A stretch of DNA of 64,000 nucleotides, taken from an uncultured Bacillota bacterium (GTDB lineage Bacteria; Bacillota; Dehalobacteriia; UBA7702). Positions 7,776 to 17,271 of the stretch are shown piece by piece (position 1 is the first letter of the stretch; every line of letters begins with the position of its first letter). The stretch covers positions 761 through 64,760 of the forward strand of contig CADBQN010000037.1 in NCBI GenBank assembly GCA_902796855.1, written 5' to 3'. The position numbers and the translations under genes are program-made. The notes under the pieces are model-generated. The model saw only the letters and a list, made by a program, of their open reading frames with translations. It did not search any database and had not been told where the DNA came from.

Positions 7776-8813
7776 ATGAGACCGGGAAATGAAACGGCGG
7801 GGTTCCTCCGCCGCCGGAAATACCTTTTGCTGGCGGCGCTGACGTTGGCCGCCGCCGCCGTCAGTCTGACGCTGGGCCGTTATCCCGCCGACGCCGCCGA
7901 CGTCTTCACGGTGATGCGGCTCCGCCTCACCGGCGCGGACCCCGGGGAATACGCCGCGCTCTCCGGCATCATCTTTGCCGTTCGGCTCCCGCGGGTCGCC
8001 GGGGCGCTGCTCATCGGCGCGGCGCTGGCCGTTTCCGGCGCGGCGTATCAGGGTGTTTTCAGGAATCCATTGGTCTCCTCCGACCTCTTGGGAGTCTCCG
8101 CCGGGGCGGGATTCGGCGCGGCCATGGCGATTTTGGCCTCGGCCAACATGATCACCGTCCACTTTGTCTCCTTCTTTTGCGGCCTCGGCGCCGTCGCCGC
8201 CAGCTATTTCATCAGCGCCCGCCTCAGCGGCGGCCTGAAAGAAGGAACCCTCGTGATGGTACTCGCCGGGATATTGGTCTCCACGGTGTTTCAGGCGCTG
8301 ATCGCCTTTATTAAAACGGTGGCGGATCCCTTTAACAAGCTGCCGGCGATTACCTATTGGCTCATGGGCGGCTTATCCTCTCTCACCTCCGCCCAATTGA
8401 GCCTTATCGCGCCGCCGATCATCGTCGGCGCGCTCCCCCTGCTCCTGCTGCGCTGGAAGCTGAACCTGCTCACCCTCGGCGAGGAGGAATCCCTCGCGCT
8501 GGGGCTCCGCCCGGCGCTGGTGCGGACCGTCGCCGTCGTCTGCGCCACGCTGGTGACCGCCGCGGCGGTGAGCGTCAGCGGCATCATCGGCTGGATCGGT
8601 CTGGTCATTCCCCATCTGGTCCGGTCGCTGACGGGGCCGGACTACCGGGATCTGATCCCGATGTCCCTCTTTTTGGGCGGCCTCTATCTGCTGGTCATCG
8701 ACACCGTCGCCCGCACCGTTCTGACGATGGAGATTCCCTTGGGCATTCTCACCGCGCTCATCGGCGCGCCCTTCTTTGTTTATCTTCTGCGGCGCATGAA
8801 GGAGGCCTGGTAA
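7776..8813 (+). CDS. Type II (FecCD/BtuC/MolB) ABC transporter permease
   Basis: VRLPRV..GAALAVSGAAYQGVFRNPLVS, GIIGWIGLVIPH, EIPLGILTALIGAPFF; in-frame TTG at 7683 behind the riboswitch SD is an alternative start. Confidence 0.93.
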   Translation: MRPGNETAGFLRRRKYLLLAALTLAAAAVSLTLGRYPADAADVFTVMRLRLTGADPGEYAALSGIIFAVRLPRVAGALLIGAALAVSGAAYQGVFRNPLVSSDLLGVSAGAGFGAAMAILASANMITVHFVSFFCGLGAVAASYFISARLSGGLKEGTLVMVLAGILVSTVFQALIAFIKTVADPFNKLPAITYWLMGGLSSLTSAQLSLIAPPIIVGALPLLLLRWKLNLLTLGEEESLALGLRPALVRTVAVVCATLVTAAAVSVSGIIGWIGLVIPHLVRSLTGPDYRDLIPMSLFLGGLYLLVIDTVARTVLTMEIPLGILTALIGAPFFVYLLRRMKEAW

Positions 8814-9601
8814 TGAATCTGACGCTGGAAAACGTCATCTATCGCTACGAAACGGGGAACGAGGTGCTGAACGGCATCGACCTGACGCTGAGCGACGGCG
8901 AAATCCTCTGTCTCCTCGGACCCAACGGCAGCGGCAAGACGACGCTGTTCAAGCTGATTTTGGGGCTGATGCCCCCTTCCGGCGGCCGGGTGACGCTGAA
9001 CGGCAGGGACGTCACCGCCTATCCCCGGCGGGAACTGGGGAAGATCCTCGGCTACGTACCGCAGAACCACATCCCCGCCTTTCCCTACAGCGTTTTGGAC
9101 ATGGTCGTGATGGGCCGCAACGCCCACCTGGAGAACGGCCGCGCCCCGAAACAGAGGGATTACGACATCGCCCGCGGCGCCCTTGAGGACATGGGCATCG
9201 AGAGCCTGGCGGAAAAGAACTACATCCGCATCAGCGGCGGCGAACGGCAGCTGGTGCTCATCGCCAGAGCCCTGGCCCAGCAGGCGAAGATCCTCATTTT
9301 GGACGAACCCACCGGCAACCTCGATTTCGGCAATCAGGTCCGGGTGCTGCGGCAGATCCGCCGCCTGGCCAAAACGGGCATCGCCGTCCTGATGTCCTCT
9401 CACTTCCCCGGCGACGCCTTTCAGAACGCCAGCAGAGCGGCGCTTTTGAAGGATGGGAAAATCCGGGAAAGCGGCGCGCCGGAGGAGGTCATCACCGAAA
9501 AGAACCTAAAAGCGCTCTACGGCGTCGACGTCTCTGTCGCCGCCGCCCGGGACAGGGCGGGCAATCTGTACCGCGTCTGCGTACCGGCGCGGCGGGACTG
9601 A
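8813..9601 (+). CDS. ABC transporter ATP-binding protein (FepC/MolC-like)
   Basis: GPNGSGKT, ISGGERQ, ILDEPT; TAATG overlap with the permease stop. Confidence 0.95.
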   Translation: MNLTLENVIYRYETGNEVLNGIDLTLSDGEILCLLGPNGSGKTTLFKLILGLMPPSGGRVTLNGRDVTAYPRRELGKILGYVPQNHIPAFPYSVLDMVVMGRNAHLENGRAPKQRDYDIARGALEDMGIESLAEKNYIRISGGERQLVLIARALAQQAKILILDEPTGNLDFGNQVRVLRQIRRLAKTGIAVLMSSHFPGDAFQNASRAALLKDGKIRESGAPEEVITEKNLKALYGVDVSVAAARDRAGNLYRVCVPARRD

Positions 9602-9701
9602 GCCTTTCTATATAAAACACTGCCAACCAGCTTTTTTTATGACGCGGCCGCCGGGCGGAAAGCTCCGCCGCGCCGCGGCAAAACCCCAAAGGAGGTTCAC
9701 C

Positions 9702-10769
9702 ATGAAAAAAATCATCACCTTGTTTCTCTGCCTGACCCTTTTGTTTTCTTTCTGCGCCTGCGGCGAGGAACCGGAACCCGCCGCGGATACGAGGACCGTC
9801 ACGGACATGGCCGGAAGGGAAGTGGATATCCCGGCAGACGTCGAGACCGTCTTCGCCACCGGCGCCGTCGGCGGCGTGTTCATGTATACCCTGGCTCCGG
9901 ATATGCTGGCGGCCTGGAACGGCGATCTCCGCGACAGCGAAAAGGCCTTCATCGACGAGGCTTATTGGGATCTGCCGGCGCTGGGCACCTGGAAGGGCAC
10001 GAATTTCACCGGAAGCATGGAAGATCTCATCGCCCTGGAGCCCGATATCATCATCAGCATGGGCGACGTCACCGTGGACCACGCCTCGGAAGCCGATGAG
10101 ATCGAATCGTTATGCGGGATTCCCGTGGTCATGGTCGACGGCGGACTCGGGAATTTGGATAAGGCCTACACCTTCCTCGGCGACATCCTGAACCGACAGG
10201 AGCGCGCCGAGGAGCTGGGGGCCTATTGCTCGGAAACGCTTGCCGCCGTGGAAGAAGCGGTGAAGACCGTCCCCGAGGAAGAGATCCGGACCGTCTATTA
10301 CGGTGAGGGCGTCGACGGCCTGGAAACGGAAGTGCCCGGTTCCCTCAACGCCGAAGCCATCGCCGCCGCCGGCGGCGTCAACGTGGCGGAAACGGCGGAG
10401 ACCGGCGTTTCCCGGATCAGCGTCTCCCTGGAACAGGTCGCCGCCTGGGATCCCGATGTCATCCTCCTCAGCGGTGACGGCGACACCGCTCACGAACTCT
10501 ATCAGTACGTCCGCGCCAACGAAGGCTGGGCCACGGTGCCCGCCGCGGCCCGGGGCGACGTCTTTGAAATCCCTTACGGGCCCTACGACTGGATCAACCG
10601 TCCGCCCTCGGTGGCCCGGATCATCGGCGTGGAATGGCTGGCGCGGCTGCTGTATCCCGAAGCGTACCCCGTTGACCTGAACGAGCGCATCCGCCAGTAT
10701 TACTCCCTCTTCTACCACCGTGACCTCACCGACGAGGAAATCACGGCCCTGCTGGAATACGCGGGATAA
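9702..10769 (+). CDS. ABC transporter substrate-binding lipoprotein (type III, BtuF/MolA-like fold)
   Basis: Lipoprotein signal ending FSFCAC, VTDMAGREVDIP, VSLEQVAAWDPDVI; RBS GGAGG. Confidence 0.9.
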   Translation: MKKIITLFLCLTLLFSFCACGEEPEPAADTRTVTDMAGREVDIPADVETVFATGAVGGVFMYTLAPDMLAAWNGDLRDSEKAFIDEAYWDLPALGTWKGTNFTGSMEDLIALEPDIIISMGDVTVDHASEADEIESLCGIPVVMVDGGLGNLDKAYTFLGDILNRQERAEELGAYCSETLAAVEEAVKTVPEEEIRTVYYGEGVDGLETEVPGSLNAEAIAAAGGVNVAETAETGVSRISVSLEQVAAWDPDVILLSGDGDTAHELYQYVRANEGWATVPAAARGDVFEIPYGPYDWINRPPSVARIIGVEWLARLLYPEAYPVDLNERIRQYYSLFYHRDLTDEEITALLEYAG

Positions 10770-10781
10770 GGAGGGAAAAGG

Positions 10782-11372
10782 ATGGAACTGACCGGCATCG
10801 TTTTAGGCGGCGGCAAGAGCCGGCGCATGGGCGGGGAAGATAAGACGCTGCTGAAAATCAACGGCGAGACCTTGGTGGAACGCGCCGTTAAAGCGCTGCG
10901 GCCCTGGTGCGGCGATATCATCATCGCCTCCAACGCCGCCGCCAAATACCGCGTCGCTAACACCGTCGAGGTGATCGACTCCTGGCCGGACATCGGCCCC
11001 CTCGGCGGGATCCACGCGGGCCTCGCCGCCGCGGAACATGACTTTGCCATGGTCGTCGCCGGGGATATGCCCTTCTTTTCCGGCCGTCTGACGGCGTGCC
11101 TGCTTCGCCGCAGAACGCCGGAAGCCCAGATCGTCATCGCAGACGGCGGCAGGGGGCCGGAGCCCCTCTGCGCCCTCTATGGCAGAACGTGCCTGCCGCT
11201 GATCGAGGAGATGGTCCGGCGGGGCGTTTACGCTCCCCGGGAGCTGCTGCGCGAAACAAAGCACGTCATCGTGACGAAGGAGGAACTTCGCCGGGATGAC
11301 GTGCCGGAAAACATCTTTTTTAATCTGAACTCCGCCGAGGACAAACGCCGCTGGCTCGGGGGGACGCTTTGA
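10782..11372 (+). CDS. mobA: Molybdenum cofactor guanylyltransferase
   Basis: GIVLGGGKSRRMGGEDK, GPLGGIHAGL, GDMPF, EPLCALY, FFNLNS. Confidence 0.9.
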   Translation: MELTGIVLGGGKSRRMGGEDKTLLKINGETLVERAVKALRPWCGDIIIASNAAAKYRVANTVEVIDSWPDIGPLGGIHAGLAAAEHDFAMVVAGDMPFFSGRLTACLLRRRTPEAQIVIADGGRGPEPLCALYGRTCLPLIEEMVRRGVYAPRELLRETKHVIVTKEELRRDDVPENIFFNLNSAEDKRRWLGGTL

Positions 11373-11378
11373 CGCGCC

Positions 11379-13685
11379 TCAGCCGCCGCTTTGCCGGAAA
11401 GTCGTGATCTCATAGCCGCCGCCGTCGCTGAAAACGGTGACGGCGCCGTCGAGATCCGTGCGGTAGCAGGGAATCTTCCGCTCCCGCCAGTAGGAGACGA
11501 CGTCGTCATCGGGGTGTCCGTAGTTGTTTTTGCCGACGCTGATGACGGCGGCCTCGGCGTCCACGGCTTCGTAGAAGGCGGGGTCGAAACTGTTTTTACT
11601 GCCGTGATGGGGAATTTTCAGAACGTCGGCGTCCAGGCCGGCGTTTTCTTTTGCCCCCGCGTCGAGGGCGGCGAGGCCGGAACCCTCGACGTCGCCGGTG
11701 AAGAGGACGGAAAAATCACCGTAGGTCAGCCGCGCCACCAGGGAAAGGTCGTTGTCCTCACCTTCGCTGTCCGCGTCGGGCCAGAGGATTTCCAGGCGGA
11801 CACCGCCGCCAAGGTCGAGGACGTCGCCGCTTTTCACGGTGGCGACGGCGGCGTCTTCGCCTTCGGCGACGGCGATCTTATCGGCGAAGCGGCCCTCCGC
11901 CGCGGCGGGGAAGCAGAGGGCTTCCAGCTCGAAATCGGCGGCAAGATACGGCAGGGCGCCGCTGTGATCGTCGTCGTTGTGGGAGAGAAAGACCGTCTCA
12001 ATGTCGTCGACGCCCCGGGAGAGCAGGAAGGGACGCAGCGTATAGTAGGTCTCGCCGCCGCCGCGGCGGTCGCAGGCGTCCATCAGATAGTCGGAGCCGT
12101 CGGGGGTGCGGATATAGATGGCGTCGCCCTCGCCCACGGACAGAAAGGTCACTTCCAGCCCGCTGCCGCCGCCAAAGGACAGGGGCAGCGAAAACAGGAC
12201 GAACACCGCCGTCATGGCGGCGAGGGAAAAGAAGCGCCGCTCCCGGACGGCGGGGAGAAAGACGATGAGGGCGACGGCGGCGTAAACGGCAAGGAGCCAG
12301 ACGAGACCGAAATCGCCTTTATACAGATAGGCGAAGGGCAGACGGGCGCCGAGGGTCGCGACCGTCAGGATGAAACTGCCCAGCAGACCGCAGGGGATCA
12401 GCGCCAGCGCGCCCAGGACCGGCGCGACCAGGCAGAGGATCAGCGCCGTGAAGCAGAGCGCCACCATGGCGCCGACGATCATACAGCAGAAGGAGCCGAG
12501 GAGCACGGCGACGAAACTGACGACGTGGAAGTAATAAGCCAGCATGGGGATCAGGCCGATCTGCGCCGCCAAAGTCACGAAAAGCGCGTCCCGACCGGGG
12601 AAAGACCACGGCACGCGCTGTTTCAGCCAGGGGACCAGAATCAAAATAGAGAAGATCGCCAGGAAAGAGAGCTGGAAGCCGGGGCGCGTCAGCGTCAGCG
12701 GGTCCCAAAGCAGCAGCAGGATTGCCGCCAGACCGAGGCCGTTAAAGGCGTTCCGCTCCCGGCCGAGGAGGACGGCGCCGGCGACCATCAGGCACATCAC
12801 CGCGGCCCGCACCACCGACGGGGAGAACCCCGTCATGGCGGCGTAGAGCAGGAGACAGACGGCGGTGAGCGCCGTTTTGCCCTTTGAACCGAGGCGGAGC
12901 AGGGCGCCGAGAGCGCCGAGGAACAGCGCGGCGTAACCGACGTGCAGACCGGAAACGGCGAAACAGTGCCGGATGCCGCTTTGGGAGAGGACGCTGTTGA
13001 CGCCGTGGCTGAGACCGGAGGTATCGCCGAAAAAGACGCCGCGGATCAGCGCCGCCTGTTCCTGCGGCAGATAGGAGAGGCTCCGCTCAAAACGGTGCTT
13101 GAGGGCGTAGGCCAGCCGCAGCAGCGGCTGACCGCCGCCCCGCTCAGCGACGGTGACACCGCCGCCGTACAGCGCGGAAAAGACGCCGTAAAGGCGGCTT
13201 TGGCGGTGATAGGTCTCAAAATCGAAACTGCCGGGGTTCAGCGTTTCCGAGGAGAGGAACGAGCCGTCGAGAACGAGGCGGTCCCCGTAACCGACGTCGG
13301 CGTCCTTTTCGGTGACGGCGATGACGTCCACGGGATGTATCAGCGCTTCCCCGTCGACATCTTCCACGCGGAAGCGGAAGCGCAGGGAGCGTTCGCGGGG
13401 CGAAGGATCGTCGGCGACGCGGCCGCCGAGGGAGGCCGTTTCCAGGCCTGCGAAGGGATCGGCGGCCGTGATGGCCTCACGGAACTCCCCGTAGACGAAA
13501 CCGAGGACGAGGACGGCCAAAGCCAAGGCGAACAGCGGCTTTTTGCCGAAACGGAGCAGACAGAACACGGCCGCGGCGGCGGGGAGACAGCCAACGGCGA
13601 TGAGGAGCGGCGTAAGGTTGAACAGCAGACTCAGGGTCAGCGACGCCATCAGGGCGGCGGCGCTGACGAACAGCGGCGTTTTCAT
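11379..13685 (-). CDS. comEC: DNA uptake competence protein ComEC/Rec2
   Basis: HCFAVSGLHVG, SPSVVRA, GFQLSF, metallo-beta-lactamase domain SHNDDDHSG and HHGS, YGHP. Confidence 0.95.
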   Translation of the reverse strand: MKTPLFVSAAALMASLTLSLLFNLTPLLIAVGCLPAAAAVFCLLRFGKKPLFALALAVLVLGFVYGEFREAITAADPFAGLETASLGGRVADDPSPRERSLRFRFRVEDVDGEALIHPVDVIAVTEKDADVGYGDRLVLDGSFLSSETLNPGSFDFETYHRQSRLYGVFSALYGGGVTVAERGGGQPLLRLAYALKHRFERSLSYLPQEQAALIRGVFFGDTSGLSHGVNSVLSQSGIRHCFAVSGLHVGYAALFLGALGALLRLGSKGKTALTAVCLLLYAAMTGFSPSVVRAAVMCLMVAGAVLLGRERNAFNGLGLAAILLLLWDPLTLTRPGFQLSFLAIFSILILVPWLKQRVPWSFPGRDALFVTLAAQIGLIPMLAYYFHVVSFVAVLLGSFCCMIVGAMVALCFTALILCLVAPVLGALALIPCGLLGSFILTVATLGARLPFAYLYKGDFGLVWLLAVYAAVALIVFLPAVRERRFFSLAAMTAVFVLFSLPLSFGGGSGLEVTFLSVGEGDAIYIRTPDGSDYLMDACDRRGGGETYYTLRPFLLSRGVDDIETVFLSHNDDDHSGALPYLAADFELEALCFPAAAEGRFADKIAVAEGEDAAVATVKSGDVLDLGGGVRLEILWPDADSEGEDNDLSLVARLTYGDFSVLFTGDVEGSGLAALDAGAKENAGLDADVLKIPHHGSKNSFDPAFYEAVDAEAAVISVGKNNYGHPDDDVVSYWRERKIPCYRTDLDGAVTVFSDGGGYEITTFRQSGG

Positions 13686-13686
13686 C

Positions 13687-14040
13687 CTATTTCACCGTCA
13701 GCGCCGCTTCGATCTCGCTTAGCTTCCCTTGGCCGACGACGCCCCGGGCCGTGAGATCGGCGACGGAGGTGAAGGCGCCTTCCGCCTCGCGGCTGGCGAC
13801 GATCTTTTCGGCGGTGACGGCGCCGATGCCCGGCACCGCCGCCAGTTCCTCCGCCGAAGCCGTGTTGAGGTCGACGGCAGCCTTTTCCGTCTCCGCGCCG
13901 CTTTCGCCGTCCGCGGCGTTCTCCTGATAGACAAAGCCCGTCGCTCTCAGGACGTGCTGACCGCAGAGGACGCCGCCGCCGAAGCAGACCGCGCCGAAAA
14001 TCACCAGCGCCAGCAGGATCCATGTTTTCTTTTCGCTCAT
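13687..14040 (-). CDS. comEA: ComEA-family helix-hairpin-helix DNA-binding protein
   Basis: N-terminal TM segment, VDLNTASAEELAAVPGIG; directly upstream of comEC. Confidence 0.9.
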   Translation of the reverse strand: MSEKKTWILLALVIFGAVCFGGGVLCGQHVLRATGFVYQENAADGESGAETEKAAVDLNTASAEELAAVPGIGAVTAEKIVASREAEGAFTSVADLTARGVVGQGKLSEIEAALTVK

Positions 14041-14067
14041 TATTTTCCCCTCATTTCCCGTTTTCGA

Positions 14068-14097
14068 TTGACAACGCTCCGTTTGTCATTGTATAAT
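14068..14097 (+). promoter_or_regulatory. sigmaA promoter of the tRNA
   Basis: TTGACA-N18-TATAAT. Confidence 0.8.
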
Positions 14098-14114
14098 AAA
14101 TATTGCGTTAAAGC

Positions 14115-14189
14115 GGGCCTATAGCTCAGCGGCAGAGCCCCCGGCTCATAACCGGTTGGTCCTTGGTTCGATCCCAAGTGGGCCCACCA
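14115..14189 (+). tRNA. tRNA with CAT anticodon, most likely tRNA-Ile2 (lysidine)
   Basis: GGGCCTA acceptor pairs with TGGGCCC, then ACCA; anticodon arm CCGG-CTCATAA-CCGG; T-loop GGTTCGATCCC; sequence style of Firmicute Ile2 rather than Met. Confidence 0.92.
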
Positions 14190-14246
14190 AAGGGCGGCGA
14201 GGGCCGAAAGGTCTTTAAAGATTCCGGCCTTCCCCGCCTGCCCGCG

Positions 14247-14277
14247 AAACCGCGCCCGCCGACGGCGCGGTTTTTTT
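14247..14277. terminator. Intrinsic terminator between the tRNA and the Crp/Fnr gene
   Basis: AAACCGCGCC-CGCCGAC-GGCGCGGTTT followed by a T run. Confidence 0.75.
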
Positions 14278-14968
14278 ATTTGAACAGCTCGTCGGGACGC
14301 TTGATGATAAAGTGGTTCTTCTCAAACTCGATGAGCCCTTCTCTCTTCATCCGCGACAGCTCCGCCGACAGCGCCGAACGGTCGGCGCCGAGGTAATCCG
14401 CCATTTCCTGGCGGTTGAAGGGGATCACAAAATCAACGCCGCCCTGATACTGAGCCTGTTCGTCCAAAAAGGAGCTGATTTTCCGGCGCAGGGAGTGCTG
14501 GGTGATGTGGCGGAACTTCCGCATCAGGCTTAGATTCGTCTGAGAAAAAATGGTGATGACGTTGAAGATCATCCGCTTGTGGATATCGCACAGCGTTTCG
14601 CAGCCCCAAAAGAGCCGCTCGGCGTCGATGAGGAGGACATGGCTGTCCTCCGCCGCGACGATGCTGAGATTCTCGTAAAAATCGTCCATCAGCAAAGCCA
14701 TGCCGAAGATCTCGTTTTGGCGGGCGTTCGTCAGGATCGACCGGTTCCCTTCCAGATCGGTGCAGGCCATAAAGACGCTCCCCCGCAAAACGATGCCGAG
14801 GAGGCGCTTTTCCTCGTTTCGGCGGAGGATGGCGCAGTCCTTGGGGAAGAAATAGCCCCGGGCCGAAAGGCAGCCGAGGGCCTTTTCGATCTCGGCCGCG
14901 GTCAGCCCGGCAAAGAGCTGAACTTCGGCCATTTCCGCGGGTTCGATCTTTTCGGAAAAACGCTCCAT
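14276..14968 (-). CDS. Crp/Fnr family transcriptional regulator
   Basis: cNMP-like domain (GIVLRGSV..GNRSIL..EIFG) and HTH IPFNRQEMADYLGADRSALSAELSRM. Confidence 0.92.
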   Translation of the reverse strand: MERFSEKIEPAEMAEVQLFAGLTAAEIEKALGCLSARGYFFPKDCAILRRNEEKRLLGIVLRGSVFMACTDLEGNRSILTNARQNEIFGMALLMDDFYENLSIVAAEDSHVLLIDAERLFWGCETLCDIHKRMIFNVITIFSQTNLSLMRKFRHITQHSLRRKISSFLDEQAQYQGGVDFVIPFNRQEMADYLGADRSALSAELSRMKREGLIEFEKNHFIIKRPDELFK

Positions 14969-15050
14969 TTTTTCTCCTTCCCGTTGTCATTACAACGGAT
15001 TTTTTCCTTATTATACACTATAATTAAGAAAAATCAACAGGAGGTGTTCT

Positions 15051-15425
15051 ATGAATCCCAAATTTTTTATCTGTAAACACTGCGGGAATGTCATAACCCA
15101 TGCCTATGCCTCCGGAGCTACCGTCAGCTGCTGCGGAGAGGAAATGCTCGAATTGATTCCCAACACCGTGGATGCCGCCAAGGAAAAACACGTGCCCGTC
15201 ATCGAAAAGATCGACTGCTGCACCGTGAAAGTCAAGGTCGGCGAAGCGGAACACCCGATGACGGAAAAGCACTACATCAGCTGGATCGCCCTGGATACCG
15301 GGAAGAACCTGCTGCTTCGTCAGCTGACGCCGTCGGACGCGCCGGAAGCCGTTTTTGCCGTTGCCGAAGGGGACGGGCTCACGGCCTACGCCTATTGTAA
15401 TTTACATCAGCTTTGGAAAAACTAA
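15051..15425 (+). CDS. dfx: Desulfoferrodoxin / superoxide reductase
   Basis: [31 protein letters not shown]. Confidence 0.95.
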   Translation: MNPKFFICKHCGNVITHAYASGATVSCCGEEMLELIPNTVDAAKEKHVPVIEKIDCCTVKVKVGEAEHPMTEKHYISWIALDTGKNLLLRQLTPSDAPEAVFAVAEGDGLTAYAYCNLHQLWKN

Positions 15426-15462
15426 ACCATATTTCACCGAAACAGAAAGGAACCTGAGAAAC

Positions 15463-15624
15463 ATGCAAAAATACGTATGCGAAATCTGCGACTGCATCTA
15501 TGACCCCGCCGTCGGCGATCCCGATAACGGCATCGAACCCGGCACCGCCTTTGAAGATCTTCCCGATGATTGGACCTGCCCCGACTGCGGCGCCGGCAAA
15601 GATTCCTTTGCCCCGATGGACTGA
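15463..15624 (+). CDS. Rubredoxin
   Basis: [32 protein letters not shown]; start ATG 15463 after AGAAAGGAA. Confidence 0.95.
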   Translation: MQKYVCEICDCIYDPAVGDPDNGIEPGTAFEDLPDDWTCPDCGAGKDSFAPMD

Positions 15625-15660
15625 GCGGGAAGCGCTTCTCAACCGTAAGGGAGTAACAAC

Positions 15661-15900
15661 ATGGATAACAAAGTAGCCGTCGTCGGCATCATCCTTCGGG
15701 ACGTTGCCGCCGTACCGGCGCTCAATGAAATTCTCAGCAGCTACGATCAGTACATCGTCGGCAGGATGGGTCTGCCCCACGTCAAGGATGATCTCCGCGT
15801 GATCAGCATCATCATCGACGCCCCCTCTGACGTCATCGCCTTTTTCACCGGAAAGATATCCCAGCTTGAGGGCGTGTCCTCCCAGGCGCTCTACGCCTGA
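15661..15900 (+). CDS. TM1266-family ACT-like protein (putative Fe-hydrogenase system regulator)
   Basis: VAVVGIIL..LNEILSSY..IVGRMGLP..ISIIIDA..TGKISQLEGV. Confidence 0.8.
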   Translation: MDNKVAVVGIILRDVAAVPALNEILSSYDQYIVGRMGLPHVKDDLRVISIIIDAPSDVIAFFTGKISQLEGVSSQALYA

Positions 15901-16027
15901 GCGGCGCGGCCTTAACGGATCGATGGAATTTCCTGCTTACTCTCAAACCTCATAAAAACACTTCAGCGGTTGCGATGCCATTGCAACCGCTTGATGTGCG
16001 TATAATTCCAATTCTTATTCAGAAAGG

Positions 16028-17248
16028 ATGAACGTATACCCCATGAAATGCGTAAAAAAAGTTACCGATAACCTCTACTGGGTCGGCGCCAACGACCGCA
16101 CCACCGAACGCTTTGAAAGCGTCTATCCCATCCCCGAAGGCGTCTCCTACAATGCCTATGTCCTCATCGACGGCGACAAGACCGTGCTCTTCGACACCGT
16201 TGATTTCGCTTTCTGCCGCCCGTTTTTGGAAAACGTCGCCGCGGTGCTCGACGGCAGAAAACTCGACTATATCGTCGTTAACCACATGGAACCGGACCAC
16301 GCCGCTTCCTTTGAGTTCACCGCCAACGCCTACCCCGAAGCGACCATCGTCTGCAACGCCAAGATCCAGACGATGATGGGCCAATATTTCAACACCGACT
16401 TTACCGAACGGTTCCACACCGTGAAGGAAGGCGACACCCTCGCCCTCAACGACCACACTCTGACCTTTGTCATGGCGCCCCTCGTCCATTGGCCCGAAGT
16501 CATGATGACCTATGACATCACCAGCAAAACGCTGTTCTCCGCCGACGCCTTCGGCACCTTCGGCACTCTCAACGGCAAGCTCTTCAACGACGAGTTCGAC
16601 TTTGACCGCGACCTCATCGATCACGCCCGCCGCTATTACTGCAACATCGTCGGCAAATACGGCAAACAGGTCCAGAACGTCCTGAAAAAGGCCGCGTCCA
16701 TCGACATCCAGCGCATCTGCCCCCTCCACGGCCCGATCTGGCGGAGCGATCTCGGCTACTTCATCGAAAAGCACGACCTCTGGAGCAGCTATAAGGAAGA
16801 AAAGAAGGGCATCGTCATCATCTATACCTCGATGTACGGCGGCACCCAGAACATGGCTGAAATCTTCGCCGCCGGCCTCAACGACAGAGGCGTCACCGAA
16901 ATCACGATGTACGACGCCGCGAAGACCCATCCTTCCTACCTCATCGCCGACATCTTCAAATACAGCCACTTCGCCATCGCCTGCCCGACCTACACCGGGG
17001 AAATCCATCCCCTCATCGAAACGCTGCTGATGGAAATGAAGCACCTCTCCGTCCAGAACAAGACCGCCGCGGTGATGGAAAACGGCAGCTGGGCCCCGGC
17101 CTCCGGCAAAAAGATCCGCGCCATGCTGGATGAAATGAAGAACATCAACGTCATCGACCCGACGGTCACCATCAAATCCACGATGAAAGACGCCCAGACC
17201 GCTGATATGGACGCGCTCCTCGACGCGATGGCCGCGTCGCTGAAATGA
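16028..17248 (+). CDS. fprA: Flavodiiron protein (FprA, O2/NO reductase)
   Basis: GVSYNAY, NHMEPDHA, HWPE, FSADAFG, PLHGPIW, flavodoxin SMYGGT; start may be ATG 16043. Confidence 0.95.
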   Translation: MNVYPMKCVKKVTDNLYWVGANDRTTERFESVYPIPEGVSYNAYVLIDGDKTVLFDTVDFAFCRPFLENVAAVLDGRKLDYIVVNHMEPDHAASFEFTANAYPEATIVCNAKIQTMMGQYFNTDFTERFHTVKEGDTLALNDHTLTFVMAPLVHWPEVMMTYDITSKTLFSADAFGTFGTLNGKLFNDEFDFDRDLIDHARRYYCNIVGKYGKQVQNVLKKAASIDIQRICPLHGPIWRSDLGYFIEKHDLWSSYKEEKKGIVIIYTSMYGGTQNMAEIFAAGLNDRGVTEITMYDAAKTHPSYLIADIFKYSHFAIACPTYTGEIHPLIETLLMEMKHLSVQNKTAAVMENGSWAPASGKKIRAMLDEMKNINVIDPTVTIKSTMKDAQTADMDALLDAMAASLK

Positions 17249-17271
17249 GCGGGAACAGGAAGGAGGACACC

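Noticed and set aside
14115-14189. tRNA-Met/fMet, tRNA-Pyl, or an integration site
   Set aside because: Paired G1-C72, no GGG/CCC anticodon stem, anticodon CAT not CTA; no integrase or duplicated 3' end seen.
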